Shown here: positions 60,859-64,000 of the stretch, piece by piece | Layout of the letters: every line of letters begins with the position of its first letter | How positions within the stretch are numbered: position 1 is the stretch's first letter | Source of the DNA: a virus | Taxonomy: Duplodnaviria > Heunggongvirae > Uroviricota > Caudoviricetes | Direction: 5' to 3' (one strand) | Virus record (IMG/VR): IMGVR_UViG_3300031418_000001 | Length of the DNA: 64,000 nucleotides | Program-made: the position numbers and the translations under genes | Notes under the pieces: model-generated | The model's database searches: none | Seen by the model: the letters and a program-made list of their open reading frames with translations, nothing else | What the model was told of the DNA's origin: nothing

Positions 60859-61245
60859 AAGTAATTTCTATAATGTATTTGGTGCTGACAGCTTTATTCA
60901 ACACTGGCCTGAAATTTTAACTACTGGTATTGAAATTAAGAAAGATTCTTCTTTTTATTATGTAATAGTGGATGGGAAGATTGCTCATGATTCAGCATTC
61001 TTTTCTGAAGAAGAATTCGAACAATGTCTTGAAATTATAAGTCAATAATTAATCTTGGTACTTTAATTTTTCCCCCACAAAAAGACGTACTGGAAGTGAC
61101 TCTTACAGATACCTCATGTTCTTGCAAGTGGGTATGTTGTTGCAAGCGGGTTTGATGCTTTGACGAAAAGAATGCATTCATTGACTGGCAGTGGTAAACC
61201 AGAGGGTACGGCCTTTACCCTAACGTAGTCGGATAGGCATACTAC

Positions 61246-61318
61246 TGTCATGTAGCACAATCGGTGGTGCGTTCGCCTGTTAAGCGAGTGGTTGCAGGTT
61301 CGAGTCCTGTCATGACAG
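61246..61318 (+). tRNA. tRNA-Asn(GTT)
   Basis: TGTCATG/CATGACA-G, ttcgc-ctGTTaa-gcgag. Confidence 0.92.
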
Positions 61319-61488
61319 CAAAAATAAGTACTTAGATCCGTATTAAGTACTAAAGAAATACTTTTGTATCAAGCTGTTATGAGTCGTGTAGCTTGTAAAA
61401 TTATATAAGACGATCCGCGATGCACCTTGTATGGGTCAATCCGTAATGGTTAAATACATACAGTACTGAGAGCGGCAGTACACAATAA

Positions 61489-61571
61489 GCGGCATTAGCT
61501 CAGTTGGTAGAGCACCTGATTTCCAATCAGGAGGCGTATAGTTCACACGGGTTCGAATCCTGTATGCCGCT
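61489..61571 (+). tRNA. tRNA-Gly(TCC) with extended variable region
   Basis: GCGGCAT/ATGCCGC-U73, cctga-ttTCCaa-tcagg, 15-nt variable region. Confidence 0.85.
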
Positions 61572-61580
61572 CAAATACTA

Positions 61581-61673
61581 TATCGGTGCAGGTTTGCATT
61601 AGGGTTCGACTCCCACTAATCCAGCGGGCTGGACACTCGGCAGAGTGTATAAGGTTCGACTCCTTAGCCGATA
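61581..61673 (+). ncRNA. tRNA-like RNA with two T-loop arms
   Basis: tatcggt/gccgata closing stem; ggg-ttcgact-ccc and taagg-ttcgact-cctta. Confidence 0.65.
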
Positions 61674-61701
61674 CAAATTAACTTTACATAGAGAATATAA
61701 A

Positions 61702-61896
61702 ATGGTAAATTCTAAATCAACTGATAAATTAAATATCATTTGTAGTACTGCAAAAGAGATCCTTACCAGTAATCCAGAAATGCATGATAAGCTGAAATCA
61801 GTTTCCATTGTGTGGAAAGAAATTGATGGGATGGCAGTACCTGATGTTAAAATTGAATTCTATGAAAAAGGTTTAAATTTAAACAAGAGCGTTTAA
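61702..61896 (+). CDS. Hypothetical protein
   Basis: ATG 61702; the upstream part of the track ORF overlaps an ncRNA. Confidence 0.55.
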   Translation: MVNSKSTDKLNIICSTAKEILTSNPEMHDKLKSVSIVWKEIDGMAVPDVKIEFYEKGLNLNKSV

Positions 61897-61904
61897 ATAA
61901 AAGT

Positions 61905-62073
61905 TTTGAGTACTTGTGTTCGCTTAGTCGCAGAGAATTACACTGATTCACGGTAATAGCAGTCGGCACGGCAACCATAAGCCCTGGCAATATAGTACTT
62001 AATAGTGTTGTACTATATCAAGAGCAGTCTATGATGTGGGTTCGAATCCCAACCAGTGACACAAGTGCCCAAA
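61905..62073 (+). ncRNA. tRNA-like RNA with long closing stem and T-arm (~169 nt)
   Basis: tttgagtacttgtgttcgct/agtgacacaagtgcccaaa; tggg-ttcgaat-ccca. Confidence 0.6.
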
Positions 62074-62166
62074 TATTAGTACTCTTAGGTGAAGACGCAG
62101 TAGGAAGTTAAAGCCCGTCATAATCTGATAGAAGTAATCTAAGAGTACTAATATTTAAAAACTTAT

Positions 62167-62240
62167 GGGGTAGTAAGCTAATGGTAAACTGGCCGCTTGT
62201 TTAGCGGTATTTCCCTGTTCGATTCAGGGCTATCCCGCCA
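62167..62240 (+). tRNA. Second, atypical tRNA with GTT anticodon (Asn?)
   Basis: GGGGTAG/CTATCCC-GCCA, gccgc-ttGTTta-gcggt (U37). Confidence 0.75.
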
Positions 62241-62256
62241 ATATTAAAGGTTCAAT

Positions 62257-62475
62257 ATGAGTACTAAAGTTACATTACATGTATCTAATGAAGATATGGA
62301 TTATGCACATTCAGTTTGGGATGCAGCAGAAGTCGCACTTCAGGCAGTAAATGAAGTATTGAAAGAAAAAGGTATTGATATTGAATTCAATGTGGAAAAT
62401 CATGGTTGTATTCAAGATGTTCCTGCTGAATTCTATGGCGAAAATGGTGAATGGATAGAGGTAAAAGAACTATGA
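62257..62475 (+). CDS. Hypothetical protein
   Basis: 72 aa, acidic. Confidence 0.6.
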   Translation: MSTKVTLHVSNEDMDYAHSVWDAAEVALQAVNEVLKEKGIDIEFNVENHGCIQDVPAEFYGENGEWIEVKEL

Positions 62476-62631
62476 ATAAACCAGATTTTAGTATTCATGA
62501 TATGCTTGGTGAGATTAAACCATTTTCAAGAGAAGACCTGGAAATCTTACGTACTCATGAAGAAATGCATCGTCTGATGCAATTGGCAAAACGTTTCCCT
62601 GTGGAAATGAAGAAAAAGAATTAAGTACTAT

Positions 62632-62704
62632 GGGATAATAGCTCAGTTGGTAGAGCATCTGATTGAAGATCAGAGTGTCGGGGGTTCGACTCCCTCTTAT
62701 CCCA
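62632..62704 (+). tRNA. tRNA-Phe(GAA)
   Basis: GGGATAA/TTATCCC-A, tctga-ttGAAga-tcaga. Confidence 0.92.
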
Positions 62705-62892
62705 CAAACAGAACGAATGTATCCAGCACTGATAAAACTTATAGTGTGGTGTAGTGAACCCGTGTATGCAGTGTAGCTTTAATATAATTAAGCAGTTACG
62801 TTTCCATTGCTTAGAGATCACACCTCTAAGTACTCACTATGGATAAAAAAAGCAGTACTAATATCTTTGGATAGGGTGTTAGTACTAACTTT

Positions 62893-62965
62893 GGGTTGTT
62901 AGCTCAGTTGGTAGAGCAAGATACTTTTAATATCGAGGTCACAGGTTCAAGCCCTGTACAGCCCA
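62893..62965 (+). tRNA. tRNA-Lys(TTT)
   Basis: GGGTTGT/ACAGCCC-A, gata-ctTTTaa-tatc. Confidence 0.92.
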
Positions 62966-62993
62966 CAAACTATAATAAATTGAGTACCAAATA

Positions 62994-63482
62994 ATGAATT
63001 CATCAGAAATTAAACAATTCAAAGTTGCTTTGAAAATGTTTTATGATAATCCTGAACGATTGAATAAACTTTATACTTTAAACCAGTTGAAGTTGTGTAA
63101 ATCTGGCACATTTGTTCTTTCACATATTTTATCAGATTCAGTTGATAAAATTGATAAAGAGATAATGAGCGATAGTGTCATTTTGGCTTTAGAAATCCAC
63201 GAACATGAAATGTATTTAAGAACAGTTATTACTGGTGATTTCTATAATGAATTACGTCAGAGATACCTTAGAGTACTGAATGTCAGAGCCATGAATAATG
63301 AAAATAATCCAACATCATCAAGTCATTTAGTATGGATGTTATTACAATTAGGTTCTGGTGAAATGTCTGAAACCAAGAAACATCGTTGGTTAGGATATAT
63401 TCAGGGTTGTATGGTAATGAAGAATTTTATTACTGTACAAGAAGAAAGAGATTTGACACGTGGTGTTTTCAACGGAAAATAA
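62994..63482 (+). CDS. Hypothetical protein
   Basis: 162 aa; C-terminal HLVWML...KKHRWLGYIQG. Confidence 0.7.
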   Translation: MNSSEIKQFKVALKMFYDNPERLNKLYTLNQLKLCKSGTFVLSHILSDSVDKIDKEIMSDSVILALEIHEHEMYLRTVITGDFYNELRQRYLRVLNVRAMNNENNPTSSSHLVWMLLQLGSGEMSETKKHRWLGYIQGCMVMKNFITVQEERDLTRGVFNGK

Positions 63483-63483
63483 A

Positions 63484-63891
63484 ATGAATACTTTAATTGA
63501 TAGTTGGATGAAGAATGTGAAAACTTATCCACCTGCTGAGATTTTCTTTGAGAAGTACGGTAAAGACGCAAAAGCTGAAGAACGTATTAAAACAGTGTGT
63601 GAAGAAGTATATCGCTTCTGCTTCCCTGAAAGTACAAAGAATCCATTAGGTGATCTTGGTGCGTCCTATCGTGAATTAGAAGTAGCGTATAAAATTGGTT
63701 TTGAAGGTATGAAACCGGAGTATATTACAAAGGTTAAAGATGCTTTCTTGGAAGATGCTAAGTATGCAGTTAAAGCACTTGACGAATTATTCAAGAAAGA
63801 CCAGATTCTTCAACAATATTATTCTTCCTGGAAAATTAAGTACCAAGATATTAGTACTGAAGTTTATAATATGACTAAAAATTATATTTAA
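63484..63891 (+). CDS. Hypothetical protein
   Basis: 135-aa ORF. Confidence 0.65.
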   Translation: MNTLIDSWMKNVKTYPPAEIFFEKYGKDAKAEERIKTVCEEVYRFCFPESTKNPLGDLGASYRELEVAYKIGFEGMKPEYITKVKDAFLEDAKYAVKALDELFKKDQILQQYYSSWKIKYQDISTEVYNMTKNYI

Positions 63892-63949
63892 AAAATGTGA
63901 AACAAATACAAATTATGTCCTATACTTATAGTATAAGATAAAGAAATAC

Positions 63950-64000
63950 GGTTCCATCGTTTAGCGGCTATGATACTCCCCTGTCACGGGAGAGACGCGG
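63950..64000 (+). tRNA. tRNA-Asp(GTC), truncated by the window end
   Basis: GGTTCCA start, ctccc-ctGTCac-gggag; promoter motif at 63898. Confidence 0.85.

Overview
AT-rich, densely coding, almost entirely + strand segment of a large lytic T4-like (jumbo) myovirus. Gene content suggests the RaK2/GAP32/121Q-type enterobacterial jumbo phages, but that is inference and was not checked against a database. About 1-22 kb holds replication and housekeeping genes: DHFR, RNase H, Dda-like helicase, IF3, ClpS-like, KTSC, a two-subunit type II topoisomerase, a DnaE fragment, GroES, a clamp loader and a HAD nucleotidase. About 23-28 kb is a ter/tel stress cluster (vWA, TerC, 2x TerD, TelA). About 28-64 kb is an accessory region of small ORFs (including DenV, NADAR-like, 2OG-Fe oxygenase, ATP-grasp and three HNH endonucleases) mixed with about 16 tRNA genes, a group I intron in tRNA-Ile(CAT), a compact tmRNA and many structured non-coding RNAs. 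Most notable signals: (1) a coiled-coil protein gene followed by a ~350-nt closed, pseudoknotted RNA with ~11 AA(A/C)G(U/A)U repeats; (2) a ~520-nt ornate ncRNA with its own promoter; (3) four CAGCAA small RNAs displaying anticodon-like loops; (4) ~16 paralogous ORFs sharing only a C-terminal F(N/Q) motif; (5) strong window-wide over-representation of the palindrome AGTACT, alongside a rare tRNA-Ser(ACT). All calls are from manual reading; no searches were run.
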